From contig CAVWXQ010000014.1 of NCBI GenBank assembly GCA_963759005.1, positions 23,655-87,654 of the forward strand: DNA of 64,000 nucleotides, given 5' to 3'. The stretch is from an uncultured Gammaproteobacteria bacterium (GTDB lineage: Bacteria; Pseudomonadota; Gammaproteobacteria; SZUA-229). The translations under genes and the position numbers were made by a program. The notes below the pieces were generated by a model. That model made no database searches. It was not told where the DNA came from and saw only the letters and a list, made by a program, of their open reading frames with translations. Shown one piece after another: positions 51,701 to 61,686 of the stretch. Every line of letters starts with the position of its first letter. Position 1 is the stretch's first letter.

Positions 51701-52194
51701 AGATAAATGTGCAATCCAGTGATAGCAAAGGCAGTTTGTTTTCACTATTAGTACCTTTGTGTGAAAAGCAAATCACACAAAAAAGTACATTACAAACAAG
51801 CAAAATAACTTCTGGATTAGAAAATCTCAACATCTTCTATGTTGATGACGAAGAAAATAATATCCACGCACTCGGCACCCTGATGAACAATTGGGGCTGC
51901 ACATTTTCTAGTGCAAATGATGTTGCAACCGCTGAATTATACGCAACAAAAAATCAAGCACCCGATGTACTTTTAATGGATTTTCAGCTGGACACTGATG
52001 TTAACGGCATACAGCTGGCAGATGCCTTGCGCAAACACTGGAAAAACATTCCTGTCTGTATAGTCTCCGCTGCACCGGATGAAGATTTATCAACACGCGT
52101 GACCAATCATGGATATGATTTTCTACGCAAACCAATAAAACCCGGTAAGTTACGCGCCTTATTAGAAAAGTATTTACAACGTAAAAAAGCCTGA
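48715..52194 (+). CDS. CrbS/CbrA-like hybrid sensor kinase: N-terminal solute-symporter (SLC5) domain, PAS, HisKA-HATPase, C-terminal REC
   Basis: 13-TM SSF-like N-terminus. H-box LAIASHDILQPL. G-boxes DTGPGI, GAGLGLGIA. REC VLLMDFQLD. Confidence 0.85.
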   Translation: MSAVTLLISLAMYLALLFWIARLGDRRRFNTTGWVRHPLVYTLALGVYCTSWTFYGLVGTAASRGWYYLPILLGPILLFTFGYPLLQRIASVSRQENIHSIADFITSRYGKRQSVAVIVTVIMLATTVPYIALQLKAVTDTLLYSVDNIAFASQDMTMLVAVAMILFTLIFGANRLDVSSYHSGIMAAIAFESLIKLFALITIAVFALTLSAGFDPSQISNNANAVFQQSTLTPSFWILTFVSAATIFCLPRMFQITFVECLSEQHLKFARRGFSLYLIAIATAVFVISWVGNQVLANTDVASDTYVLALPLSTDNQLLTLLAFIGGFSAATAMIIVASLTLSQMLSNDVILPLLIRQQKNRSPIPDYSRALILTRRLTVIAVILMAWLYQHSLAENVALTEIGLIAFALAVQLAPAIIFGLYWHRGNAMGAFAGLGSGVLIWFITLMLPLLSNAGFISPTLITHGLFGLDFLRPDHLFGLTFSDAYTRGVVLSISVNVIAFYLVSSMDITRLSDRIQALAFVHRKRSEQLPTIDNLKINKTDLTTMLTQFLGASATERLLKNEPGPELLLVSSKLLDHAEQALSGVVGVASARALLSSLSSGESLGVEDVVNIFEETTRTLQFNQDMLFATFESISSAISVVNADLKIVAWNKRYEQMFNYPEGMLRVGRAIEDLVRFNAERGMLGAGAIEAQVNTRLGHLTAGKPYRVVRNHNQGVIEIKGRPLPNGGYVTTYDDISEFVNAQSELEKVNLSLERRVRERTEEIEKINKSLRKEVEKHNVTEIELIKAKSIAEKSNASKTQFLAIASHDILQPLNAANLYASALLERPDSNDPKQTASLQHLHAAICSAELIISNLLEISRLDTGSLKPKLSRFALNDVLEPLVHDFRVQTNADVIFRYQRTSLWTESDAKYLRRILQNFFSNAVKYTSKGKILIGCLRHGEQIKICVYDTGPGISETHQQRIFDDFYRVTTNVDGAGLGLGIALRFSHLLGHQINVQSSDSKGSLFSLLVPLCEKQITQKSTLQTSKITSGLENLNIFYVDDEENNIHALGTLMNNWGCTFSSANDVATAELYATKNQAPDVLLMDFQLDTDVNGIQLADALRKHWKNIPVCIVSAAPDEDLSTRVTNHGYDFLRKPIKPGKLRALLEKYLQRKKA

Positions 52195-52343
52195 CTGTTG
52201 GGAATTGCACGAACAGGTGGAGGCTCATAAATTTAGCGCAACATCGAATAAGCAGCCAATTTTTCTCATCCACACATATTTCCCTGAAGTCTGCTTTGCT
52301 ATGTAAACGAGATGACGCATTACGTGTGATGGTAGCGTTTAAT

Positions 52344-53009
52344 TCAGGAGCCAGCCGAATTCGCATTAAGCGACATTTTGCTAAGCATGATGACTGCCTG
52401 GGTACGATTGCTTATACCAAGCTTACGAAAGATTGCTGTAATGTGCGCTTTGATTGTTGCTTCGGTAATACCCATTTCATAGCCAATCTGTTTGTTTAGC
52501 CAGCCCTCTCGCAGATAACAAAGCACGCGGTATTGTTGCGGTGTCAATGTTGCTATCTTCGCGGCGAGATCTTTCTCTTCGTCATTAACTGGCGTCAAAC
52601 TGTGTCTAAAATCTTCAGGCACCCAACGTCCGCCGTCAAGCATGGCGCTTATCGCTTGAAGAATGAGCTGTGGTGAACACGATTTAGGTATGTAGCCACT
52701 CGCCCCGTGTCCCATCGCGCGATTAATGGTATTACTGTCTTCGTCCGCAGAAATAATCGTAACCGGGATACTCGGGAATTTTTCACGCACCAAAATCAAA
52801 CCGAACAGATCTTGACTGCCCGGCATATGTAAATCCAGCAGCAACAAATCGGTTTCACTATTTTGTTCGAGCGCTTTTATCGTACTATCCAGATCCATTG
52901 ATTCCCCGACGATAGAATCCGGATAATGCCGCTTGATAACTTCAAGGATGGCATTACGGAACAAGGGGTGATCGTCTGCTACATGAAAATGATACATCGA
53001 GACACTCAT
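52344..53009 (-). CDS. NarL/FixJ-family response regulator (CrbR-like partner)
   Basis: VADDHPLFR, LLLLDLHMPG and K. LuxR HTH LTPQQYRVL...ITEATIKAHITAIFRKL. Confidence 0.8.
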   Translation of the reverse strand: MSVSMYHFHVADDHPLFRNAILEVIKRHYPDSIVGESMDLDSTIKALEQNSETDLLLLDLHMPGSQDLFGLILVREKFPSIPVTIISADEDSNTINRAMGHGASGYIPKSCSPQLILQAISAMLDGGRWVPEDFRHSLTPVNDEEKDLAAKIATLTPQQYRVLCYLREGWLNKQIGYEMGITEATIKAHITAIFRKLGISNRTQAVIMLSKMSLNANSAGS

Positions 53010-53266
53010 AATAAATAATCAAGGTCATCTTAACTTAAGCAATAAATACTATCGACACCCATATTGTTATTCACTGATTATTCTATAAACAGGATTAACG
53101 CTATCGATTCAGCAGCACTGTTATTCAACAATATGCATAGTAAGTATTAGACCATTATATGCGTCATTATCAATTACGACTTTAGTAGAACATAGACTAA
53201 CATCTAATAGCGTTACGACTCACTTGGGGTGAACCTTTACCTACGAAACATAAGGGGAGTCTTTAA

Positions 53267-54442
53267 ATGAAATCTATCAATAAAAATATATTAAACGGGG
53301 GACTAGCAGGTGCGACCTTACTAGCAGCCGCATCAGTACACTCCGTCACAATTGGAACATTTGATAACACCACGGTAAAGATCGGCGGTTATGTCAAGCT
53401 GGATGCGATGTTGAGTGACTTCAGCGAAGGTCCAGTAGGTACTGGCATTGGCCGTGATTTTTATGTGCCGAGCATAACACCTGTTAACAGTAACAACACA
53501 GGCAGTGAAAACACCTACTTCGATATGCACGCCCGCCAGTCACGTTTTCATCTTGCAACTGACAGTATGGTCGGTGAGCATAAACTGAAAACTTATTTTG
53601 AAATGGACTTTATGGTCACACCAAATGGCGATGAGCGCATCAGCAACTCCTACTCACCGCGTATGCGTCATGCTTTTCTGACATATGATAAATGGCTATT
53701 CGGCCAGACCTGGTCGACTTTCCAGAACACGGACTCATTACCCGATTCAGTCGATTTTATCGGCAACACTGATGCCGGCATCTTCATCCGCCAGCCACAG
53801 GTTCGCTATACCAGGGGCCCATGGCAGTTCTCCATCGAAAACCCGGAAACGACTGTTACTGATGGCGGCCGGGTAGTTGCCGATGACAATGAGTGGCCTG
53901 ACTTCGTCGGACGTTACAACCTGAAGTCCGACAAGCTGTCACTGGCTGCTGCCGTGCTGTTACGCCAGTTAACTTATAACACTACTGGAACCGGTGGCAA
54001 CATTGACGATTCGGAGTCCGCGTACGGAATCAGTATCACTGGTAAGTTGATGCTGGGTAAAGACGATATCCGCTTTGGCATCAATACCGGCAGCGGCATG
54101 GGTCGCTACATCGGCCTTAACGTAGCCAACGGGGCTATAGTTGATGCCAACGGCAAGTTGGAAGCTATTGATTCCACCGGTTTGTTTGCTTCATACCGTC
54201 ATCTGTGGAACGCAAAATGGCGCAGCAATTTCATGTATTCAAGGATAGATATCGACAACAATACAACCCTTAGTGGTAACAACGCAACAAAAGCCACATA
54301 CAGTGCTCGCATAAACCTGTTCTACAGTGCAACGGATAAACTAACTTTTGGTGGTGAGTACGCCCATGCTAACCGGGAAATTGAATCCGGTAACGACGGC
54401 AATATGGATAGACTGCAGTTTATGGCTAAGCTGGCGTTCTAA
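53267..54442 (+). CDS. outer-membrane beta-barrel porin (unassigned family)
   Basis: Signal peptide. Alternating beta-strand pattern. C-terminal ...MAKLAF with terminal Phe. Confidence 0.5.
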   Translation: MKSINKNILNGGLAGATLLAAASVHSVTIGTFDNTTVKIGGYVKLDAMLSDFSEGPVGTGIGRDFYVPSITPVNSNNTGSENTYFDMHARQSRFHLATDSMVGEHKLKTYFEMDFMVTPNGDERISNSYSPRMRHAFLTYDKWLFGQTWSTFQNTDSLPDSVDFIGNTDAGIFIRQPQVRYTRGPWQFSIENPETTVTDGGRVVADDNEWPDFVGRYNLKSDKLSLAAAVLLRQLTYNTTGTGGNIDDSESAYGISITGKLMLGKDDIRFGINTGSGMGRYIGLNVANGAIVDANGKLEAIDSTGLFASYRHLWNAKWRSNFMYSRIDIDNNTTLSGNNATKATYSARINLFYSATDKLTFGGEYAHANREIESGNDGNMDRLQFMAKLAF

Positions 54443-54693
54443 ACAAACGTAAAAAAACTATACATACCGTTAAGCAAGGAGTCACTATATAAACAACCTG
54501 TTTACAACTGTTAAGCGAGTTTTTTAATACAGCATCATGTACCTGGTCGATGAACGCGTAACAGAAAACAGTGATAACGGTAAACATAGTCGCATACAGG
54601 CTAGCGAGAAGTATTCTTTCTAACTAGCCCTTTAGAAGATGTAATAATTTGCGGGAACCAGGCCTTTAGTAAACCTGGCTCCCGCACTTGGTG

Positions 54694-54775
54694 ATGAGAT
54701 CGCCCACGCTAACCGGAACTGGAATTCGGTGCCGACGGCAAATGGATAGCTTACAGCTCATGAAATATTGTGTTT
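54694..54775 (+). pseudogene. degenerate duplicate of the porin gene 3' end
   Basis: gatcgcccacgctaaccggaactggaattcggtgccgacggcaaatggatagcttacagctcatg parallels 54361-54430 (tacgcccatgctaaccgggaaattgaatccggtaacgacggcaatatggatagactgcagtttatg). Confidence 0.4.
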
Positions 54776-55130
54776 TATAGCTATAACAGGACAGAGACAA
54801 ATATTATCATTCTCTTTTTCAGGGGCGTAACCTAAAGGCTGCCCCTGTTTTTTTTCCTGTAAAAAATATAAAGCAAAGCAATCGACTCACGTACAGATAA
54901 ATCGAGAAAGCATCTTCTAATGAATATTTCTTAAGCTTTACAACTAACAAAGTCAGTATGAGCATTTCTTGACAAGCAGGTAGAAGAAGACAAGATCAAC
55001 AGCTTTCTTAGCACCACGCTGCCCATCCAATGCCGAAATAAACACTACCCACGTCATTGAGAACAAATCTGTGTTTCCATCTCAAACATTTGACTTTCTG
55101 CCAAGGCGTCCAGTGTACACATTGCATAGA

Positions 55131-55313
55131 CTGTATGACACTGCTGTCCCGTTAACAAAAAAGAAATTATCTAAACAGGCTGATGTAGCAGGCATTGACA
55201 AGGGTAGCTAATCCGATATGAATTGGGTCGTAGGAAGTCCAGAACTCGATGCGCGTCCATGCGGCAGTTGCAACGGATCGCCGACAGTTAACGGGACAGC
55301 AGTGACTGTATGA
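55131..55313. repeat. 18-bp inverted repeat pair (cactgctgtcccgttaac) with swapped ctgtatga modules, 130-bp spacer
   Basis: Left arm ctgtatga+cactgctgtcccgttaac. Right arm gttaacgggacagcagtg+actgtatga. Confidence 0.35.
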
Positions 55314-55467
55314 TTATTATTTTGAGCAGAAATATCATGACACAAAAGCCTTCCACTCAAAGTGAATAGTTTTAAACTAGCGTTCTATGACAATAAAAAA
55401 GCGGCAAGCAGATTTCTCCAGTTGCCGCATTCTATTCAGCTTATTTATTTAGGATTAATGTTTTTAA

Positions 55468-56904
55468 TTAAAGGAAAGCACCTGTATTATCGATAGCGTT
55501 TAGTTGCAAACCATCTGGACCAGTTTCACCTGTATCAGGTATCCATGGTGCAAGACATTGACGGTCTTTAACACAAGGATCGGTTAACGATTTTAAGAAC
55601 TCAACCAGATCGATCACATCATCATCGGTATAGGTAACATTTTGATGAACCCCTGCAACATTGTTAGCACGATTAGCTTCAAGCTGGTCCAGCGCAAACT
55701 GAGTATTTGTTTGCATATTTGAAAACTGTATATTTGCATTTGAATCTAATTGTGAATAATCGTAATTAGCAATAGCCTGTGCCGGATTCAACATGTGACG
55801 AACCATGTTCTCCAATGTGGTGTAAGCACCGGCATGTCCCCATGGGCCGGTAACTTCCACATTAAGTAATGTCGGTGTTCTGAAACGGTACATATCAGCC
55901 GCAACTTTACTTTCTCTGAAACGACCAAAATCATCATTGATCAATGTGCCATTATCATCACCTTTACCACGACCAATCTGGGGCGATGCCAGTACATGAT
56001 ATTGTTCATCGGTAAAGAAATCACCAGCGTGGCATGAGCTACAGTTCGCACCACCATCTTCAACTTTGCCAAAAAACATCATCGCACCACGTTTCGCAGA
56101 TTCACTAATCGCTGTAGCATTACCTTCTACATATGCTTTCCACGGAGAGTTTACAAAAACCTGTGAACGCTCATATTCGCCGATTGCTTCTGCAATGAGT
56201 GTATAAGTGATGGTAGTGGGTACACCAAAGGCAGTCTCGAATTCGGCAAGCCAATCAATATCTCCGGCCAATTTCAAAGCCAGTGCATCACGAATTTTAT
56301 CGTTAGTATTTTGAGCTGGCAGACTAAAACCATGCATTTCTTCAGGTGAGGTTACCGGAAATCGGGATTGCGCTGCCGCAAGCGTATCAGTTGCCGCATT
56401 CGGATCGGCAACATCAAAGGCTGAATCCGGTGTACGAATACCTATCCCATCATCACCATTTGCGCCCTCTGTTTTACCCAGGCTTTCCACCCTGCCATCA
56501 TGAAACAGCGCCTGATCCCACATTGCAATGTTAAACGTAGTCGGTGCATTTCTTGGCACGGTTGGACCACCATCAAATTCACCACCCACCGCATTAATAT
56601 CATGGAAACGTCCTGGACCTAGCAGGTCAGGATTTTCCGCACCAACACCAATCGATAATGATAATCCATCACCACCGCCTAATGATGGATGATGACAGGT
56701 CACGCATGCAGAGTCATCATCGCCACCCAGACCTTTAGTGAAAAACAGTTTCTTACCCAGCTGTGCTTTTGCGTCTGTAATAGCAGGAAGAACTCTGCCT
56801 GTGGCTGGATCGCCGGTTAATCCATATTCCGTTACCATCTGTAACAACTCAGCATTACTAACAGTAGCCTCAGGATTACTATTATCACATGCCGCCAGTA
56901 ACAA
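55468..56904 (-). CDS. MbnH/MauG-like di-heme cytochrome c peroxidase family enzyme (paralog 1), probable N-terminal frameshift
   Basis: CVTCHHP and CSSCHAG heme sites. FRTPTLLNVEVTGPWGHAG. Tail LKSLTDPCVKDRQC. The signal peptide MDRRHLLTLSIRIKL lies in another frame, followed by LLLAAC in this frame. Confidence 0.75.
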   Translation of the reverse strand: MLLAACDNSNPEATVSNAELLQMVTEYGLTGDPATGRVLPAITDAKAQLGKKLFFTKGLGGDDDSACVTCHHPSLGGGDGLSLSIGVGAENPDLLGPGRFHDINAVGGEFDGGPTVPRNAPTTFNIAMWDQALFHDGRVESLGKTEGANGDDGIGIRTPDSAFDVADPNAATDTLAAAQSRFPVTSPEEMHGFSLPAQNTNDKIRDALALKLAGDIDWLAEFETAFGVPTTITYTLIAEAIGEYERSQVFVNSPWKAYVEGNATAISESAKRGAMMFFGKVEDGGANCSSCHAGDFFTDEQYHVLASPQIGRGKGDDNGTLINDDFGRFRESKVAADMYRFRTPTLLNVEVTGPWGHAGAYTTLENMVRHMLNPAQAIANYDYSQLDSNANIQFSNMQTNTQFALDQLEANRANNVAGVHQNVTYTDDDVIDLVEFLKSLTDPCVKDRQCLAPWIPDTGETGPDGLQLNAIDNTGAFL

Positions 56905-57104
56905 ACAGCTTGATGCGGATGGACAACGTTAATAAATGACGCCTGTCCATTTTTCTCTTTTTACTTTTTTGCAACACACATATCTCCTTAACAACTATTA
57001 TTTTTAAAGTTCAACGAGGTAGCATGCAACAAGCGCGCCAGCCGTTCAAACTATAAAATTAAAATACTTACATGCATGCAAAGATTTATTTATGCGTGGT
57101 ATCA

Positions 57105-57135
57105 CACAGCTTGTGGAAATTCTTTACAGAATTGT
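57105..57135. promoter_or_regulatory. conserved upstream motif, copy 1 (also at 61459-61489)
   Basis: acacagcttgtggaaattctttacagaattg versus acacagcttgtagaattcttttacagaattt. Contains aattct-N4/5-agaatt inverted repeat. Confidence 0.4.
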
Positions 57136-57557
57136 TTGAATAAAAGACTTACATAACCGCACTAGTCTGTGTAATGCATATAATGGTTAACGCTTTTATA
57201 CTTGAACAACAACGGAAAGATAATTTGTTTGTTCATTGCTCCTTCTCCCCCGTTTTCTTCGTTGCCAGGTTCAGCATCATCAGCACTGGAAGCAGGATTA
57301 TTTTTGCGGCAAGCAGCAAGCTGCTAACCTCAAGCAATAAAAAAAGTCGGAACAACTTTTATAACTGGTGAATTGAACCGGTAATATTCTGTAATACTTT
57401 AGAAACTCCAGGTCATTGGGGTCAGTAATAAGTCTGTGTTTCAGTTTCCAGTTGCGATAAGTCTACAGCATCAAACCAGGTGTCATAATTTATTGCCAAA
57501 CTTACCGAACCCGTCGGGGTACTCGCCGATATCATCATTAACGCAGATAATAATAAA

Positions 57558-58181
57558 TTACGATTGTATTAATGTTGCACCCGTATCAATCAGAATCCTA
57601 CCGCCGCCACCGGCGCCTGCACCCAGTGTATAGCTACCTTCGATATAAACCGTTTTACCAATCATATCTGGCTCACCTGAACCTACAACAGGCAAATTAA
57701 TAGCATCGGCATCGGCAGCAAACAAATCAATATCAACCCCGCAGTAATCTGCTGCTGCAGGTGACATGCTGCCAATTGAAACAGGAACATTATCCGTTGC
57801 CAGCAAGTTGATAACGTAAGGCACACCGGTTGAGGTAGGTGTTGTTGTGGTGTGCGCATGCGCCTGTGGAAGAATAACATCCAGTAGCCCATCCAGTGCT
57901 GCAGAAAATGAAGCACCACATGTGGTTTCAATAGTTGTACTTGAAATAACCAGATAGGCTTTGGTCAGGGTAATAGAATGCCCCTCTGCAGTGACAAACA
58001 TTTTAGACCCAGCAGCCATAACTGCTGAATTTGCTGGCGAAGGCGCAGCACTCATGCTGACAGCTGTGGCGGTTGTAGCGCCATCAGAACTACTGCTTGA
58101 ACTGCAGGCTGATAAAACAACAGCAAGCAGGCTTATTGCCAGAATGTTAATGGCCGAAATATTAGTGGACCTGAAAATCAT
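57558..58181 (-). CDS. hypothetical lipoprotein
   Basis: Lipobox LSAC. Ser/Thr/Ala-rich. Last gene of the four-gene minus-strand operon. Confidence 0.3.
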   Translation of the reverse strand: MIFRSTNISAINILAISLLAVVLSACSSSSSSDGATTATAVSMSAAPSPANSAVMAAGSKMFVTAEGHSITLTKAYLVISSTTIETTCGASFSAALDGLLDVILPQAHAHTTTTPTSTGVPYVINLLATDNVPVSIGSMSPAAADYCGVDIDLFAADADAINLPVVGSGEPDMIGKTVYIEGSYTLGAGAGGGGRILIDTGATLIQS

Positions 58182-59070
58182 AAGTTATTCCTATGCTAAA
58201 AATGGTACCTTCTGTATGCTCACCATACAGTGCATCGATAGCAGGAAATTTAACTGTGGCATTCAGTAATAAATCCTGCACCATGGTGTAAATGAATCCT
58301 GGCGCAATAAAAATAATGGTGCCACCTGAATCCGGGTCATCCAGGCCGGAAAATGTGTCCCGCTTACTGCTTCTGCCTTCCAGACCTAAATAATATGCCA
58401 CACTGTGTTGCGAAGCATATTGCGCAGTTGCATTATATACCAGAGCATCTCCTGCCTGAAACTCCTGGTAACCTTCTGTTGCGACATGATAGGTCGCGCT
58501 GGTATAAAACAGATACGGATAATTATAATTGGCATACCAGGCACCTGCATTTAAAACTGTTGCGCCCTGGCCGGCCTGCACATCAAAATCCAGCGGAACA
58601 CCATTACTGTCAGTTTCTTCAGATGCAGTAGGTAATTTTAAACCGCCCAGAAAACCATACATATGTGTTTGCAAAAACTCTTTTTCCTGCATAAAGTTTT
58701 TAACTGTAATGGTGACATCACCCAGTGCCGTGACTTCTTCCTGAGTTAAATTAAATGATTCCAGCTGACGGTTAACATACGGAACATTCACCCCCAACAT
58801 TAATCGCGTGCTCGGTGCATAGGCCAGGTTTAATGAGACCCTGTTTTCATCAATGACTTTTTTATTAAAACCTTCACGCCCCAGTTCTTCACTGCGTGAC
58901 AAATAGTTTAATGACAGTCGCAGACGATTTTCATACGGTTTTTCTGCACCCATCAATGTCTGCGTGGGGTCACCAACCATACAGGTAGAGCAGGCCATTG
59001 CCACAGGTGCAGCTAAAAAACAGCATAAAAACAGAAGCGAATTTCTTACCATATTACAACCTAGGGACAC
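58162..59070 (-). CDS. outer-membrane beta-barrel protein (possibly transporter / MetA-pathway-like family)
   Basis: Signal peptide ...AAPVAMA. Beta-strand-rich. Overlaps neighbours by 10-20 nt, which suggests coupling. Confidence 0.35.
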   Translation of the reverse strand: MSLGCNMVRNSLLFLCCFLAAPVAMACSTCMVGDPTQTLMGAEKPYENRLRLSLNYLSRSEELGREGFNKKVIDENRVSLNLAYAPSTRLMLGVNVPYVNRQLESFNLTQEEVTALGDVTITVKNFMQEKEFLQTHMYGFLGGLKLPTASEETDSNGVPLDFDVQAGQGATVLNAGAWYANYNYPYLFYTSATYHVATEGYQEFQAGDALVYNATAQYASQHSVAYYLGLEGRSSKRDTFSGLDDPDSGGTIIFIAPGFIYTMVQDLLLNATVKFPAIDALYGEHTEGTIFSIGITYDFQVH

Positions 59071-60371
59071 ATTGCATGTTTCTGGATATTGCCGAAGGGA
59101 TCAGAGAGTTCATCCCGACAAACGAAGTCCCAGTCCGTCAAACTCTTGAAGAACTCGATGAGGTCAAGACGTTCATCAGCCGTGATGACGAAACCATTAA
59201 TAAAACCGCTCGTATTATTTGGACTCAGAGCACCATCACCCGCATTAGGATCAGGCGGTAAAATCAATCGTCCTCCCCGCGCATAGTGATCAATAACTTC
59301 ATCTAATGTTGCGATACTGCCATCGTGCATATAGGGCGCTGTCAGCTCGATATTTCTTAACGTCGGCGCACGGAACTTTCCTTCATCTTCAGGCAACAGG
59401 GTAAATTCCCTCAGGCCATGATTATTTTCTGGGTATAACCCATCTCCGATATCATCACCATTGCCATCAATATTATATAAAGCATTATTATGGAAATTGT
59501 TATGAGTGAATGTAGAACCCTCATGATCTACCGAATCACTGAAGTTGAATCCACCATGACAGTGAAAACATTCCAGTCTTTCACTAAAGAATAATTCCTT
59601 GCCTCGCTTCGCAGCATCAGACATGGTATTTGCTTCACCACGATTATCCTTATCGAATTCTGAGTCTCCGGAAATCATAATACTGCCAAACGCTGCAAAT
59701 GCCTTGACCACCGTCGACAGGGTTATCGGTTCGATTTCATCCGGGAAAGCATCAGCAAACATCTGCGGGTAGTCTGGTGCATTACCCACAAACATTGTGC
59801 CGGCGTAGTCAGCGTTTGAGGGAGACTTCAACCTGCCGAGGATCTCATCAACATGCCCTGCCCAGCCAAGTTCTATCGGATCTTCATTCAATACCACTGC
59901 CAGCGCCTGGTCATGCAGGTTCGCGATCTGGGGATTCGCCCAGTTCATCGTGCTGTTGTAAACCACATTGGTCATACTCATCGCGTTGCGCGCATGCACA
60001 TCAGCCTGCGAACCTACCGATACCGTCAGACCATCGGTGAATGCCTTTTCCTGTAGATGGCAGTCAGCACAAGATTGCGTCTGGTTGAATGACATATTGC
60101 GATCATAAAACAGCAGGTGACCCAGCTCGACCTTCTCCATGCTTAACGGGTTTTCTTCCGATTCTCTCGGTAGCGGAAAACCGCAGGGTAGCTCCACTGG
60201 CGCTCCGGAGCCACATTCACCATACAGCGCACTGGAAACAACTGGTGATTCCAGACCAGGTACCGGTGTTTCTGTATCAGACCCAGAGCAACTCGCCAGC
60301 AAGAAGCTGGCGATGATGCTTACAGGTAATATGGTTAAAGCTTTAGACGTTACAACTTGCATAATAATCAC
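59061..60371 (-). CDS. MbnH-like di-heme cytochrome c peroxidase family enzyme (paralog 2)
   Basis: CADCHLQ and CFHCHGG. FRAPTLRNIELTAPYMHDGS. Tail FKSLTDWDFVCRDE. Lipobox LASC. Confidence 0.8.
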   Translation of the reverse strand: MIIMQVVTSKALTILPVSIIASFLLASCSGSDTETPVPGLESPVVSSALYGECGSGAPVELPCGFPLPRESEENPLSMEKVELGHLLFYDRNMSFNQTQSCADCHLQEKAFTDGLTVSVGSQADVHARNAMSMTNVVYNSTMNWANPQIANLHDQALAVVLNEDPIELGWAGHVDEILGRLKSPSNADYAGTMFVGNAPDYPQMFADAFPDEIEPITLSTVVKAFAAFGSIMISGDSEFDKDNRGEANTMSDAAKRGKELFFSERLECFHCHGGFNFSDSVDHEGSTFTHNNFHNNALYNIDGNGDDIGDGLYPENNHGLREFTLLPEDEGKFRAPTLRNIELTAPYMHDGSIATLDEVIDHYARGGRLILPPDPNAGDGALSPNNTSGFINGFVITADERLDLIEFFKSLTDWDFVCRDELSDPFGNIQKHAMCP

Positions 60372-60412
60372 CGTATTTTAACCAATAATTCCGAGATTGC
60401 TAACATTGGCTA

Positions 60413-61336
60413 TCACTGTTTGCTGAACAATCTCTGGCCAGCGGTATATGTTGAAGCTACACCTGTCGCACTGCGGCCGTATGTGTAATCCAGACCGAGG
60501 CGCGGCATGATCTCCTCACAGTCATCATCATCAATAAATGACATGCAACCAGGTTTAGCACCATGATTAGTAGTCACATCATTACCCTCAAAGACACGTG
60601 CCGGATCAACTGCAATCACATCATTCTCAACATCAAAGTTAGCGATACATACTTCGAATGTGTTTGGCACGGTACAGGCTGAATCTGGTGGTGCTGTATT
60701 AGATGCACCCGGGCAGCCCTGCGCACCAAGATGTAAGACGAATGGGTTTGCAACACCGGTCGGATCACCTACACCATCTATGCGGATATACTTGTAACCG
60801 ATCTTCCAGGCCCAAAACATGCTTGAATCATTCAATGGAGACTCTACGGCATTTACATCGAGGTGGTTTTTATCTTCAGGCACACCCACGGTAAAACAGA
60901 CTTCAGCATCAGCTAAATCGACAGTATCAGGTACAGTGACCTTACCAGCCATCACTTTATTTGTTTCAGCAGTACCTGTGGCACAACCATCTTCAAAATC
61001 CAGTAAGGTAACATTATCTCTCTGCCAGACACCATCCTGAGTCAGCTCAATAGCATGATCATCACCGGTTAATGCATCATGTATATGCGCATTATGCACA
61101 TACATTCTGAAATCATTCACTTTATAATCATTACCGCCAGTGCCTACACCGGTATGTGTTTGTCCACAGGTAAAGTCCTGTCCATTTACCTGGGCAGCAA
61201 AACTAATTGCTACATCTTCAGCAAGGTCTGGTGCTGGTGCTGGTGCTAGTGCCACATCATCATTTGAACATGCAGTTAGCGCTATCGAAGAAGCGATTAC
61301 TAACGTTAAAGGTAACTGGTTATTACAAAATTTCAT
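60413..61336 (-). CDS. MbnP-like Cys-rich periplasmic lipoprotein (partner of MbnH-like enzyme)
   Basis: Lipobox LTAC. Eight further Cys and conserved Trp. Sits immediately 5' of the di-heme enzyme, which is the mbnP-mbnH order as I remember it. Confidence 0.5.
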   Translation of the reverse strand: MKFCNNQLPLTLVIASSIALTACSNDDVALAPAPAPDLAEDVAISFAAQVNGQDFTCGQTHTGVGTGGNDYKVNDFRMYVHNAHIHDALTGDDHAIELTQDGVWQRDNVTLLDFEDGCATGTAETNKVMAGKVTVPDTVDLADAEVCFTVGVPEDKNHLDVNAVESPLNDSSMFWAWKIGYKYIRIDGVGDPTGVANPFVLHLGAQGCPGASNTAPPDSACTVPNTFEVCIANFDVENDVIAVDPARVFEGNDVTTNHGAKPGCMSFIDDDDCEEIMPRLGLDYTYGRSATGVASTYTAGQRLFSKQ

Positions 61337-61458
61337 ATTTTCTCCTAGTTTTATTATTTAATTCAGTTAAGAGAGTCTTAAGCAACTAACGTGCCAATTA
61401 TCATCAATAGAATATCAATGACTTACGGAATCTTTTGATTTAAAAAGTGAGTCAAATA

Positions 61459-61489
61459 ACACAGCTTGTAGAATTCTTTTACAGAATTT
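61459..61489. promoter_or_regulatory. conserved upstream motif, copy 2
   Basis: See 57105-57135. Lies 123 nt upstream of the MbnP-like start. Confidence 0.4.
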
Positions 61490-61686
61490 AATAAGTTTGG
61501 TGATGTGATCGGGCAATGCTTGCTGATTCTTAGTACGATGATAAATTAAAGAGACAGGTCGACATGTGACTGAGGCAGGAGATAGGTCAGATATTCGTGA
61601 ACTGATTTTTTAGGTCACAAATTGAATACCATTAACCTTTATGTATAATAAATATAAATGGTAACGGGACAAAGGAGACTAAGGAT

